Assembly (NCBI RefSeq): GCF_009914755.1
Contig: NC_060931.1
Length of the DNA: 64,000 nt
Reading direction: 5' to 3' (one strand)
Origin: the human T2T-CHM13v2.0 reference genome, Homo sapiens
Position 1 is the stretch's first letter; each line of letters begins with the position of its first letter. Both the position numbers and the translations under genes were made by a program. The notes beneath the pieces were generated by a model. It worked only from the letters and a program-made list of their open reading frames with translations, searched no databases and had not been told where the DNA came from. Below, piece by piece: positions 12,896 through 31,410 of the stretch.

Positions 12896-14420
12896 AGACC
12901 TCTGACAGCTGTGATACTAGATGCCTTGGAGTTTTTTTCAATTTAGCTTTCTTGTAAATCAATATTTTGGTTTTGACTTTTAATATTAATGACCATGAAG
13001 TGTCCATTTTTATACACATGCACATATTTGCATATCATAATATATATAGTTACACAGGACAGATAATCTTCAATTTACATGTGCGATTTGAAAATATGTT
13101 CTCCTTTTGTCCTAAATTAAACACTAGTATATTATCAGTCAAAACAAGGTTGCAATAACAGATGTCAGGAATTCTACATATGTTCTACATAAAGTGTTAA
13201 CTGCTAATAAGAGCAAGTCAGGAAAAGAGTATTAAATGCAATATATCTTGGGCTGGCATAATTACGGAAGAAAAAAATATCAAAGCCATAAAAATACTTT
13301 GATGTTGTATGAAACTCAGGTGCTAGCAAATATAATATTGATGGATTATATGGCTTTTCAAAGTTTTTCATTCACAGTTAAATCCAAACCGAAACATCAG
13401 TGCATTAAGGTCAGAAAAATCTGGAAGCTTACATTTATTTATTTATTTTTTTTGCAATGAGCAGAGTATTTTAAGGTATCCTCTAAGTGAGCAGTTCTTT
13501 TGTCATTCTGATCCCTGCTCCTTGAACTGATTTCCTGTTTGGAGTCTGAACCAAGGATTATTTAAATTTGATTTGAAAAATGTCACTAATGAAACATCAG
13601 AAAAGGGGGAAAAAGGAAATGCTGACGCGTGTGTTGAATAATATTTATGGCTTATATTTATGTATATGACTCATATACTTAAAAGTAAATTCAACCCAAG
13701 TGAAAAAGAAAATTGCTACTTTATGTGTGACTAAAAATTTACATAATATTTGCAGATACTTATAAAACTCTAGACTATTCTTCAAGTTTGTCATCGAGAA
13801 AGAAAGTCTACTTAATACAAAATGACAAACCATTTAGTATTAAAATTGTGATAGCTGGGACACGGAATAAGAAAGCCATGCTTAAATCAAGCTTCAGTTA
13901 TGTCATGTCCTGTTACCAATTTCACATTACAGATTGAACTGAAATTGTATAAATTATGCTCTTGCATATGCTAAACTTGGGAACTACTATTTCATATTTA
14001 TATTGCATTTCTCACTGCATTCAGAACCCTTTCTAATAATAACTAATTGATTTTTACCACAGCAAAGTATTAAATCCATTATTTAGATGAACAGATACAC
14101 ACAGACAAGTACTACGTTTTCCAATATTTTCAGTGCAGTCTGAGTCAGTGACTGGAAATGGCTTCTGATTGGAAAAAAGGCTTCGGCTTTCTTGTTCCCT
14201 TTGGCATAGTAGTATAAGTGGGGACAAGCTACCGTCTTGCAATATAGAAACACATTAACGGTGTCAAGAATAAGGGGGAAAAGTACAAATATCTTACTTT
14301 TCATTGGTACTATAAAAATACGGAGAATTATTTCTAACTGTATTTATAGAAGACACAGGTAAACTGGAATATTAATAAACAAAATAAAACTAAACTAAAC
14401 TAAAAAAAAAAAAAACTTTG

Positions 14421-15047
<627 letters not shown>

Positions 15048-15489
15048 CTCTAAAAAATTGACATATCACCTCATTCCATGGAGCTACGACTCTAAATATC
15101 TAGGCAGGGGGATAGAGATGCTGTCAAAGTTTTGACAATAGATATTTTGTATTAAATGCATTTACTAATTAGTTTCACCTTGTACTTTTTGAAGGAAGAG
15201 TAAAAAAAAAAAAAACCCACAAAACAATTGACAGATTATTTAATGGAACATAGGACTAATATTTCTTATTATCACTTATGGGTGCTCATTTAATCATGTT
15301 CTTTCCTCTTTGTTCTCTACCCTTCCTGATTTTTAAATATACCTCAATAAAAGATATGAGGTAGGAGAGAAGGGAAAGTGCTGAAGAGGAAGAAAGTGGG
15401 TAGAATGATAAGAAATACAGTAGAAGAGGCAGAACTGTCTATAAGTTAAAGTTTAGCTAAAACTTATGTTTAAAAAAATCACAATAGAT

Positions 15490-15995
15490 GCACTAGACAG
15501 CCTCCAAATGGCCCCAATGATCCCTACCTGCTAGTATTCACGCCCTTGTATAGTTCATTTGCACACTGCATATAGCTGACCTGTAAACCAAAAAGATACC
15601 GTGGAAATGATAGTATCTGTAACTTTCACCTTGCTTTCTCTCAGATCATTCACTCTGGGAAAGCCAATCACCATGTCATAAAGACACTCAAGCAGCCCTA
15701 TGGAAAGGTCCATGAGGTAAGAAACTCTTGTGAATAATAGGGAACAGCAGGGAATGGAGGTCTCCAGCCAACAGCCATGATGATGAGTGAGCCACCTTGG
15801 AAGCGGATCTTGCAACACCAGTCCAGCCCTCACATCACAGCAGTCCTGGCAAACATCTTCCCTACAACCTCATGAGAGGCCCCAAGCTAGAATCACTGTG
15901 GAATTTGTAGCAAAGCCATTCCTGAATTTCTGAACTAAATTGTCAGAAAAAAAAGGTTTATTTTTGTTGTAAACTGTTTGTGTTATATAACAATC
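15490..15995 (+). mobile_element. MLT1F-like MaLR LTR
   Basis: agacagcctccaaatggccccaatgatccctacctgctagtattcacgccctt...gagccaccttggaagcggatc. Confidence 0.8.
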
Positions 15996-16099
15996 ACGAA
16001 TTCTTAAATAGGAACACACAAGTAACTGACAGCTGACTTGTTGGATAAAGTCAATAGTACACTTTGACTTTATATAAGCAGTATAAGTGATACTGCTTA

Positions 16100-16370
16100 T
16101 AGAGGAAGAGCTTTGAGTCTTAATGCAGAAAAGACATGAGTTCTAAAGCAGGTTATATGAATTTCTACCTGTGTGACCTCAGTTAATTTTCTTAATTTAT
16201 TGGACTGTAGCTTCTTCATAGATAAAATGTGAATAGGAACTTAATCTACACTGAAAGATGTTTGTGCAAATGAAGTAGAATAATATATTTAAATTTCTTA
16301 GAGAAATGGCTGATATATTAAAAGTGTTCAATTAATATCAGCCATAACATCATTATCATCATTATTATTA
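16100..16370 (+). mobile_element. MIR
   Basis: agacatgagttc...ctgtgtgacctcag...cttcttcatagataaaatg...gtgttcaattaatat. Confidence 0.65.
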
Positions 16371-16529
16371 TTCAAGGCTCAGTGGAATCCTGCCAAGAGT
16401 TAGAGCATTAGACCCAAAGATCTTTTAACTTTTATCAATGAGAGAATCACATGATATTATACAATGTTTATATTTGTTTGAAAAATGTTTTATTTATGAC
16501 ACAATTTTACTTCATAAAATTTATGATGG

Positions 16530-16865
16530 GGCCATCAAGGTGACTCGCACTTGTAATCCCAGCACTTTGGGAGGCTGAGTGGAGAGAATTGCGTGAGCCC
16601 CCAGGAGTTTGAGACTAGTCTGGGCAACAGAAAGATCCTGTCTCTACAAAAAAATAAAAAATTAGCCAAGCATGGTGTTGCATGCACCTGTAGTCCTAGC
16701 TACTTGGGAGGCTGAGGCAGAAAAATCACTTGAACTCAGGAGTTTGAAGCTGCAGTGAGCCATAATCATGCCACTGAAATCCAGCCTGGGCCACGGAGCA
16801 ACACCCTATCTCAAAATAAAATAAAATAAAATAAAATAAAATAAAATAAAATAAAATAAAATAAA
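16530..16865 (+). mobile_element. AluJ with (AAAAT)n tail
   Basis: Diverged Alu body with about 10 AAAAT units; degenerate TSD aaatttatgatgg/aaattcgtaatgg. Confidence 0.92.
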
Positions 16866-17079
16866 TTCGTAATGGTTCCTTATTAGAAGATAAGGGAACT
16901 AGAAAATATAATAGTAAAGTATCATTAAGAAGGAAAGGACAAACTTAGGACAAACTATGGAGAAATAAAATGTCAACTACACTTCATATTTGGTATAACA
17001 CATATTTGGTACAGATGTTTATTGCAATCCTCTGATTAAATGTATAAGCCCATTACAATCCAGAGACAGTCAGCTATAC

Positions 17080-17490
17080 CAGCAGTTCTCAAACATTTTG
17101 TTCTCATGATCCCTTTGCACTCTTGTAAATTATTAAAGACTCTACTCCAAAGAGCTTTTGTTTATGCAGATTATAGCTATTGATATTTATAGTATTAGAC
17201 ATTAAAACTAAAAAACTAAAAGTATTTATGAATGCATTAAAACAGTTATTATTCTATTGTGCTAATATAAATAATATATTTTATGAAAATTTAAAAAGCT
17301 ATTTTTCAAAACATATTTGAAAAGAGTGACACTGTTTTCTGAATCTCTTTAATGTCTGGGTTAATAGGAGTCACCTGTATTCTCACATCTATTTTTTTCA
17401 TTCAGTCTGTTGCAATATCACATGTCATATAGCCCCTGGAAAAGTCCACTGTCTACTCATGACAGAATGACAGTGAAAAGGGCAAACAAC
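17080..17490. mobile_element. hAT-Charlie non-autonomous element (MER119-like)
   Basis: Starts with TIR cagcagttctcaaacattttg, then ccctttgcactctt..aaattatt...caaagagcttttgtttatg. Confidence 0.7.
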
Positions 17491-17729
17491 TTTTTATTTG
17501 TATTATTATTAGTATTACTGGCTAGTTACCTGCACTATTCTGGGAGTTGAGTAGTAAAAAGCCTCAATGGCTCTTCCTCATTAGTCTTATTTTTGCCCTT
17601 AAGGCACTGAGGGTACTCCTGGAGCCTGAAAATTTTCCAAATGAGTATTGCATATGCTTCTATAGAAAATAAAATATAAATTACTTCATCAATAAGTGAA
17701 TCCTAACTATAAACATCCATTGAAAAATA

Positions 17730-17920
17730 ATGGTAATAATAGCTAACCTTATTGGATACCGTGCTTCAGGTATCACACTAAGGCCTTTGAACATTTCATC
17801 TCATCTTATCTTTACAACAGATGAAGAAACTTAGGCTTAGAAGTAACTTATTGGAGCTTACGCAGATAGTAGATGCTAGTGCCTTGCCCCAGACTTAGGT
17901 CTGGCTGACTTCGATACTCC
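17730..17920 (-). mobile_element. MIR
   Basis: aataatagctaaccttattg...acagatgaagaaacttaggcttagaagtaactt. Confidence 0.7.
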
Positions 17921-18119
17921 TTAAGCTACTGACTATTGTGGTTTATACTCTAAGGAATAAAAAAAGAGGCACATAGTCTCGGGTCTTGAGCTGTTAATGA
18001 TCGACTAAAAAGTTATGAAAAACACCCACAAAATAATAGAAAACTGATTTAAGTGATGTGGTTAGGTAGAATTTATGGTTTAAACAAGTGTTTAAAGGTT
18101 TCTGGGAATAGTTCAGTAG

Positions 18120-18495
<376 letters not shown>

Positions 18496-21400
18496 TCAGC
18501 TGTATTTTCATGGCCTAGAATAATTAAAAATAATGACGGAAAGATAAGCAAAAACAAAGGAACAGAATGTGAAAATTCAGTGAAGTAGAAAAAAGCACAG
18601 CACAAGGGATACACTGAGGAAACGCACTTTACAGAAATGAAGGGTTCATGTGGTGAGTTAAGGAGGATTAATTCAAATAGGGTGAACCACACAGTCCTTT
18701 GCTATTGGTGGGGGAGATATGGGAGCACCCCACTTCCACATCAGCAGAGGCAGCCCTGCCACTGTGGAGGTAGCTCACCCAGGTAGGGGTGCAGGAGCCA
18801 TGATGTGATAAAGCTACATGACCCTAACTTTTAATTAGCAACACGCTGGCATCTTTTTCTCAGTCCACAAACTTAATTTCTGTCAGGAACACAGTCACTG
18901 CCTACAGTCAATTAAACATGGCCCAGATTCTTTCATGTTCTAAGGAGTAATATTTCTCCATTGTGAATACCTGCCTTAAATAGATTAAGTATAACTTAAC
19001 ATTGATGGTGAAAATACAACAATTTGTCTTTGTTTGCAAGTGGTGTGGATGGTGTGGAAGGGATTTCAGACTATGGACTTGCAATATAACACTGGATCTG
19101 GTCACATCACTGACTCCAGTTAGTCGTGAACTCTTTAGGATGATACAGTTCATACAAACTATACACTCCACAAATGAAGTGCCACTGGATAGACATCTCA
19201 GTACTTTATAGATGATCGGTTTCAAGATTACAGTTGATTAACACAGAGAATACAATGATGGATGGAATGCTTCATCTCTACTGTCAAGTGTGCTTCCATG
19301 TGGAGGGCCACCCAGGAGCCTAGCATTATTTCCTCGGGAGAAAAGTGACTAATGGGACAGAGGATCTGGAAAGAGATTATGTGTATGTGCAATGAAAGCC
19401 CTTCCTTGTGTGTCTTGGAACTACCCACAGGAAACTGGTTCTGCTGTTGGTGAGTCTATTTAATTCTGGTACTCAGTATAAGGAAGCCCACTTACCTACA
19501 GATGTGAGCCATATTTTCCAGTGTCAGCTTTATCTGTAATGAAGGTGATATTTTGGTTTCCCAGTTGCCTTACTGTTTTTTTTTTCCTATTACTAAATTT
19601 TTTCAGATTGTGGGCACAGAAAATCGATGTTATTTATTGAGGTCTCTAAAGGCTTCAAAAATATATTGATGGTTTTTTTAAAAGAAGGAAACAGCGTGTG
19701 AATAAAGTAACAACAATTTCCAGAATAATCATGTACATTTGGCTCTAGGATACTTGACTTAAACAGATTGTTTGGCATAATGTCAGAAATATGATTTTCA
19801 ATCTAAAAAGTAAGTAATTGCCTGAGATTTTGGAAATGGAACTATGAAAACAATTGGTAAAGCAATTCCTAAATCCTTTTAATTACTTCAAGTTTCTTGT
19901 GAAATTCACAGTTTTATTTGAAATCTCTCAGCTCAAGTACATTACTAAAAAAATATAATTATGTAGGTTTTCCTACAGTTTTCCAAGAACCATAGAAATG
20001 TTGAAAGATATGTAAGAAACATCTTTAGGTCACATGGAAGGTAACTGTGTTTTTCTTTTTTAGGAAAGGCTGGTTAATGAAATTGGTATATTGTTTTCCT
20101 GATAAGTTATAGATTTTTTTTTTATATAACTATTCCAAGTATTGGTGTTTAGAGGTTTCAAGTTCTTTTAAACTGTTGGCAGCATTTCTGAGGGAGGTCA
20201 ATTAAAAAGTATCCAGGAAGGGATATTATTTTGCTGATCATATTCACTCTTGGAGAAGAAACACCACCAAACTTCTCTACTCGAAAGAATCTAGAATCAA
20301 TACCTATGTATTAGGTTAAAAATTACAATTACAACAAATTCACTTGCCAAAGTATAATCTTATAAAGACTTGCTCAGTTATTATCAGGCCAGATTTTATC
20401 AGGTGAGTTGTTTCATTAATATAAACAGAGTCCTCAGATTATGAGAATACAATTTAATATATTAGTGCATTGGTAGGAAATATTAACAGTGATAGCTGAA
20501 CTCTTTTTTGTTTTCCCAAGAAATATTTAACTCTGAATTATGAGTTTTGCAAACATCAAAATGGTACTAGAATGGGAAAATTGGACTAGAGGTTCTTTTT
20601 TCTCTTTATGCCTCTAGATAATGACAACATGACTCCCAATACAATTTTAGTCCTGGCTTTTTCTTATTAAAAAACAAACTCACTTATTTCTCTACCAAAA
20701 TGTGAAGAATTGTCTGTTTCTTTCTATGAACTAAACTCATAGTAATGTCATGTAAAAATAAGGGAGTGAAAAATAAATAATTATTTCTTAATAAATTATA
20801 GACATGCTGGTAATAATAACTGACATGAGCTTTAGGAATAATGAGTCATTATTTCTTCTAAAACTTATTTCAAATTATAAGATATAAACATATATGGCAA
20901 CTTTTAAACAAACTTTTTATTTTTGATGGATGTAGGCAATAAATTGAAATCTTGTAGTACTTTGTTTTATAGGATTTATCCTTGCTATCAATTAATGAGC
21001 TGAAAATCCATAATTCCATAGCATTTAGAGTCTGGTTGTTTTAAAAATTAATATAAAGTATTAGTAATCTGGAAGAATTTTCCAATAAGAAAAGCAAACT
21101 GATTATGTCTTCAGGTTTTATAGAAAATTGAGTAAATTTTATCTGATTTTAAATTACCAATACACTGAATTTATTCTGCTATACAAATAAATATGCTGTT
21201 TGCTGTTAATGATTTGGAGAAAAAGTAACTTTTGTATTTTAATTTATAACACTTAGAGGACCTAAGAAGATGCTGATAGAGCTAGAAAGTGACAAAAAGT
21301 TTGTAACATAAATGAATAAACTCTTAAATTATGTGATTGATGTGTATATTAATATATATAATAATTAAATGATTTTTGAATTTTATCCGGAATCTAGCAA

Positions 21401-21629
21401 TTCAAGCAAATTTTAATAATGAATATGAATATACATTTTTCTTAGAATTTGGGAAAAAATCATATATTCTTATTCTTTATAAAGGTCATTTATTTTCCAC
21501 ATTACTAAGATTAAAAACAAATTTTCGCCTTCATTTTCCGCACATAAGGTGTTTTCATTATCTAGCTTCAATTATTAACATGCAAACACAAAAGGAAGTG
21601 GGCTTAAAGATTTCCCTCCACATTAACTA

Positions 21630-22325
21630 GCTGCAAAGTTTAGAGAAGGCCAAATTTGGCCCATGGCCTGTGTTTGTGTATCCTCTGAGCTGGAAGATAT
21701 ATCTTTAAAGAGTGGTGTGGTAGGCTGAATAATGTCCCCTCCTCAAAGATATCCATGTCCTAAACCTCAGAACCTGTGTATCTATTGCCTCACATGGCAA
21801 AAGAGACTGTGCAGATATGATTAAACTAAAGATGCTGGGATGAGGGAAGTATTCTGGATTACCTGGTTGGGTTGAATCTGGTGACATGAATTCTTAAAAG
21901 TGGAGAACCTGAGAACCTGTCCTGGCTATGGTCAGAGGGAGATGGGAGAATGGAGGCAGGGATGAGGAAATGTAACCTTGCTGGGTTTGACAATAGTGGG
22001 GACACCATAAGCCAGGGAACATGGGCAGCCTCAAGAATCCGGGAAAGGCGAGGAAATAGATTTTCTCCCAGATCCCCTAGAAAGGAATGCTGTCCTGATG
22101 ACAACTTGATTTTAGTCCAATGAAACCCATGTCACACCTCTAAACTACAGACCTGTAAGATAAAAAAATTATGTTTTTAAGCTAATTAATTTGTGATTAT
22201 TTGTTACAGCAGCAGTAAAAAACTAATACAGGTTGTAAAAAATTTAAAAAAAGAATATGTGGTAGAAACTACATGTAGCCTGCAAAATCTAAAATATTTA
22301 TTATCTACACTTTTACAAATCCTAG
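21630..22325. mobile_element. MER58-type hAT MITE split by an MLT1D-like LTR
   Basis: ggccaaatttggcccatggcctgtgtttgt before the LTR; atgtagcctgcaaaatctaaaatattta after it. Confidence 0.6.
21716..22230 (+). mobile_element. MLT1D-like solo LTR
   Basis: TG...CA termini: tgtggtaggctgaataatg...aaagatatccatgtcctaa...ttgttacagcagc...aactaataca. Confidence 0.88.
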
Positions 22326-22514
22326 TTCAGAGGTTGAAGCTTCTTAGCCTGGAGTTTTCAGACACAGAATCACAATGCACACGTCTTCTGGCATATTTAG
22401 CAGGTATCTCTTGAAATAATCCAAACATAACTTAAAACCAGCCCAATATGGTAGCATGTGATTATTAGATCCATGCGGTGTGCTGGGACAACATTTTACA
22501 GTTATCTACCTACA

Positions 22515-22565
22515 TATATGTATGTATGTGTGTGTGTGTGTGTGTGTGTGTACATATATATATAT
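22515..22565. repeat. Compound (TA)/(TG)12/(TA) microsatellite
   Basis: Read directly from the sequence. Confidence 0.9.
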
Positions 22566-22904
22566 TTGCCGATAGATTGGAATTTATTGCAGAATAATAC
22601 TGGAATACTTGATGCTTTCAATATAGTGATTGTTCTAGCTCTATTCTACTAGGCATTGTTGGTAAAGAATCATATGATGACAATGAAGTAAAACTCTAGT
22701 AATAAATCCAGTATGAATATCATATCTTTTAACTAGGTTGAAATGGGACTGATGAGCCCATTGCTTGGATGTGGTTTTAGGAACAAATCATGCTAGAGAA
22801 AATGTGTAACAGTTATCCAACCTGACCATTTCATGACTTCCAGCAGAATACTTCCATCATCAAGAATTGAAACACATATGAGAGCTCACCATAAAAATAC
22901 AGGC

Positions 22905-24100
<1,196 letters not shown>

Positions 24101-24314
24101 AGGCTGTGGTGGAAAGGCACTCCCATGATCCCACCTCCTGGAGTTTATGCCTTTGTGTTTTATCTGTGTCATATTTGGGGGTGCTGTCACTATGACTTGT
24201 GATTCATCAACATTGTAAATTATAGCACTACAGCACTATATGTTCACATTGTAGGAACTAGAAAAAAATAAATATAATAGCGGTATAATCTGTATGTTCA
24301 CTGACATTCTGACA

Positions 24315-24480
24315 CTTGGTTTAGAAGATAGTCTACACCCGTATCTACCACTTGCTAACTGAGTAATTTAGGATAAGCCTTCTGAGCTTCAGTTCTTTTA
24401 ACCAGTAAAATAAAAATACTAATGCCTCAACTTGTCTACCTCAGAAAGTGACTTAAAGGTCAACTGAGTAAATTTACGTG
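24315..24480 (+). mobile_element. MIR
   Basis: tctaccacttgctaactgagtaatttaggataag...agcttcagtt...gtaaaataaaaatactaatgcct. Confidence 0.65.
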
Positions 24481-24664
24481 AATTACATTAAATTGTAGAA
24501 TATTATTCTTATTTTTTGATACAAAATGAAATATACAATTTTATGTCTTTGTGTGTGTGTGTGTGCACAAACCCTGGTGAAACTTAAGGATGCTTTTAAC
24601 CAAATCTCTTGAATAACACATAGCTTATCTTACCTCTCATGGAATTTTCCATTTAATTTTCTAT

Positions 24665-24963
24665 TATTATTATTTGAGTCAGGGTCTCACTCTGTCTCCC
24701 AGGATGAAGTGCAGTGCTGCAATCATGGCTCACTGCAGCCTCAACCTCCTGGGCTCAAATGATCTTCCTGCTTCAGCCTCCTGATTAGCTGTGATAACAG
24801 GTGCATGCCATCACACCAGGCTCTTTTTGTTTGTTTGTTTTTAGTAGAGATGGAGTCTCACTTTGTTGCACAGGCTGGTCGTGAAGTCCTGGCTTCAAGC
24901 AATCTTCCTACTTCAGCATCCTAAACTACTAAGATTACAGGTGAGAGCCACCACACCCAGCCT
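24665..24963 (-). mobile_element. AluJ
   Basis: gagtcagggtctcactctgtc...caatcatggctcactgcagcctcaacctcctgggctcaa. Confidence 0.92.
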
Positions 24964-25406
24964 GATTTTCTATCATTATTGAACATGGTTTGGTTGCTTA
25001 TTTCTATATATATATGTCCCAATGATCAGATATTCAGTCTCCCACATTTCCAAAATATCTATGGCTAAATGGCATGAAAAAAGCTGTAAGTAGAGATTTA
25101 GATGGTCAATATTTTTGCACTTCAAGGAGCTGCTCATCTGCATATATATCACTCAGGGGTAGTTTTAATGCAGCAAGGGTAGTCAGCCAGGTGGAACTAC
25201 TGGAAAGTGATTATCTAATGTGAAAGGATTTTAAAATCATTTTCTGCTCATCCTAGGGAGGTGTGTTTGATGATACCATGGCAAATAAGCTGGATTTAAA
25301 GAGTAACTTTACTGAGCAGAAACTGAGAGTTAATGGAAAGAACTGAGAACTCAGAGACTAACATTAGGATTAAAGATTTATTTCTAATTGGCTTTTCACC
25401 ACCATA

Positions 25407-27979
<2,573 letters not shown>

Positions 27980-30900
27980 TATGGTAAAATTCAGCAATGT
28001 GCCAGATCCAGTTCTATTCTAGGACTAAATAAATCTGCATAGTTTTTATTTTTCTGAACCATCATTAATATTGGTGATGAAATTAGGAAGAAACCTGTGG
28101 CCAACTCTTTGTGAAGCTTTGTATTTGAAGTTTATTAATGAGTCTTGGCATGTGTTTTAAGTACCTTATATATAACAAAGAACAGAAGCTTCTGTTTGAA
28201 ATTTTGTTTTAGAGACTGAATTCCATTAAACGTATTCCACAGAGGGAGGAAAGGCTGTCTCATTCTTGAGCCTCTATATTCTGTTTTTTATTTGAGAGCT
28301 CAGTAAGGGCTACAACTTTAAATATTCTTATTTCTGAGTATGAACTGCCAAACATGGCTGCCTAAGACATGGCTGAAATAATTTCTACTTATGCTATTTA
28401 TGTGAGTGGATGAGTTAATTGTTGATGAGTTTAATAAAGTAATTATAAAATTCATTAATTTATTTCATTTTAATCCTAATATATTACCAACCTTAACGCT
28501 ATTTTCCTCATATTACACAAATTATTCTTGAAGTAAGAAAAAAAGAAGAGAAACTACTTTGGTATGTGTGTACATCCACATTGTTGGTTTAGTTGACTGT
28601 CTTAGAATATGGATGTTCCCTCGTTGGGCAAGATAAGATGACTTCACCTCATGTCTTACTACAGAGTGTGACTTTTTAAAACTCTTTGCTTACCTTTCTT
28701 TCAATCAATCTTATCCTTTTGTAGTTATCATCCCCAAATGCACCTTCTTGGAAGTTCTGTTACTAAAAACTTGAGACTGAGAAATTATGTTTTCATGACA
28801 TATGAGGGGTACTATTACACAGCTTACATCAATTCTCAGAACACTACAAAACTTAACTTAGTGTCAAATGGTTCAGAATACATAGAAAAATAGGTAAGGC
28901 AGCTATGGTAAAATGTTCATAATTTTTCAAATGAGATATGGTTATTCACTTTACTGTTCTTTCAGTTTTTCTATATATTTGAAATATTCATAATAAAAGT
29001 GTGGTGAAAAATTCAGCTTTAGATCTAGCCAAGCCACCAGAGACCCACATACCCAGATCACATTGCTTTGAACTTTTTCAAAATTGATTTTGTATTTTAT
29101 AAACTGTTGGCTGCATTTATTGTAGGATTATATAAAATGATCTCCTACATCACAAAGTGTTCCTTTCATAAGGACTCATGGGAGAGATTTCTTACAGGTT
29201 GAAGGATCAGGAAGCATCTCTTGTTTTTATGTTTTGGACATTGTGACTCTTGTATGTAAATTTGTCTCCTTCATGGCTTTTGTGGTTCAGAAGTTTAAAG
29301 TCAAATTTACAACCTATCCCCAGTACTTGGTGATGTCCTAAGGGCATGGAATTTATATCTTAACCTTTTTCTAGGTTTATCGGGAAATATCTCCCATTCC
29401 CCCATTTCTCTCATGTATTTATTTTTAAACTATTGGGATTTATGCATTTTTGTTAGACGTCTCACATTTTTAAAAATTGAAACAGACTAAAAATAATTTT
29501 TAAAGATTTGTATGTGTACGTGTGTGTCTGTATTAGAGAGAGACAGAGGGGAAAAGAGAAGACAATGTGTATGTGTGTGTGTGCAAATTGGTTTAAGTTA
29601 TATGAACAATTTCTCTACTTCATTTTCATACATAAATGATCTAGGACATACGTCTCTATCATAAAGATCTTAAAATGTTCCTATACTATTTAGTTCCATT
29701 AACCCATACATGAAAGTTTTATAATCATCTAAAAGAGCACATACTGAAGATATTATACAAAAAAATTTAATAGGCTTTCCAGTAATGAGAACTGTTAGAG
29801 TATTTCTAATAAATAAATTAATTAAATAGCTATTGACATGAAGCCTGGTGGTCTACAATCTAATAAAGAAGAATCTGTGCCATTTCAGTGGCCTTATCAT
29901 GAGACACAATACATCTATTTAGTAGTTTTCAGCTAAGTCCATGTATGTGGGCAGGAAGAGTGAATCAGATAAATACAGAGGAGAAAGTTTGATGTGACTT
30001 GGTCATCGATTGTTAGTGGGGAGTCAAAAACATCATAAGCTTGAAAAAATGGTGACATTGGAAGAACAGTAACATCACTGAATATTTAGATTTGCTATAA
30101 AAAAGTCACTTTCAGAAGGGGAAATGATGCATTTATCTTTCAATTCTCATTGGGTATAATGGAGCTTTAAAATAGGAGATTCATTCAAGGAACTGAACTT
30201 TTAGGTGGCAGAAGTAATTAGGGGAGATACATAAATATATAATTATAATCATAAGAATGATGAGTTCTTCAAGGATAACAGCAGGAAAGCAAAGGTTGAA
30301 TCTCGGAACAACAGTTACAAACCTGAAAGAACATTTAAAATGAACAAACCTGAAGGAACGGAGAGACATAGTCATAAATTAAAAAAGAGAGGAGTGATTT
30401 TAAAATGAAGTTATGAAAGTCTCTATGTTATTGTACTAGTAATTTTTATTTTCCATTTTTCCTGATTTTAAAAAAGTGGAATAATACAGTATGCTCTATC
30501 AGAGCATTTTAAAAGAAAATGTTAAAAACTAATGGAAATGTAAAATTGAAGTTTGACTCAAATGAATAAAACAAAGAATAAAGATGATATGCTACTTGAC
30601 CAAAGTTTTCCCAAAATTGGTTTCTAGAGGCAATTAAAGTCAAAGTATTTCTTCTGTTTTCAATGATGAATAGGTCAAAGTCAAAGAAATATTGATGACT
30701 TGTTTCAGACAATGTGATTAATTTATTTTAGAAATTAGCTTATGTTTAAAGGATCAACACTTCAATCTATTTATTTTATACTTAGGCTACAGAAATAAGA
30801 ATAATATAGTAACTTATTGTGTTTCTTCAAAATTTTTTTCTAAGAATAAATTAATATAATTTGATAAATTTTTAATTGGGATACAACATGTCATTTATTT

Positions 30901-31164
30901 CATAATAGAGAGATAATGTGCCATTTTTCAATTAAGTTTTACACAAATGTGAACATAATACTAATCAGACATGGAGAAGTAGTGCTGAATGCTGCAAGCA
31001 AAGATAGTATTAGAAACAGCATTTGATTAGTAATAAGCAGATTTTATGTGTGGTATGTAGCTCCTAGCTGGACATTTTATTCGAGTTGGGTAACTACTCC
31101 AAACCTCTGTTTTCTCTGTTCTAAAACAGGGAGAGTACTATGAGATATGTTACGAAGAGTATCC

Positions 31165-31410
31165 ATTCAATCATTTAACAAATATTCATACATGCCTACT
31201 ATGTGCCAGGCACTGTTTTAGGCAATTAAGATAGAGTACTAAAGGAAACAGCCATTGCTTTCAGGGGTTGTCTATTTCTCTCTCTATTGGGAGAAATAGA
31301 CAACAAATAACAAAATGAACATGTAAGTCAATAACAGGTTGATAAGTATGGGAACAAATAAAGCATAGTAAGGAATGGAGAATGAGGGGCTATTTTAGAA
31401 ATGGAGTAAA
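31165..31410 (-). mobile_element. L2 3' end
   Basis: cattcaatcatttaacaaatattc...tgcctactatgtgccaggcactgttttaggc. Confidence 0.8.

Noticed and set aside
20064-20085. Strong acceptor followed by KGWLMKL, reminiscent of a PH domain
   Set aside because: Only 22 nt, poor donor (gtatat), and no supporting neighbouring exons.
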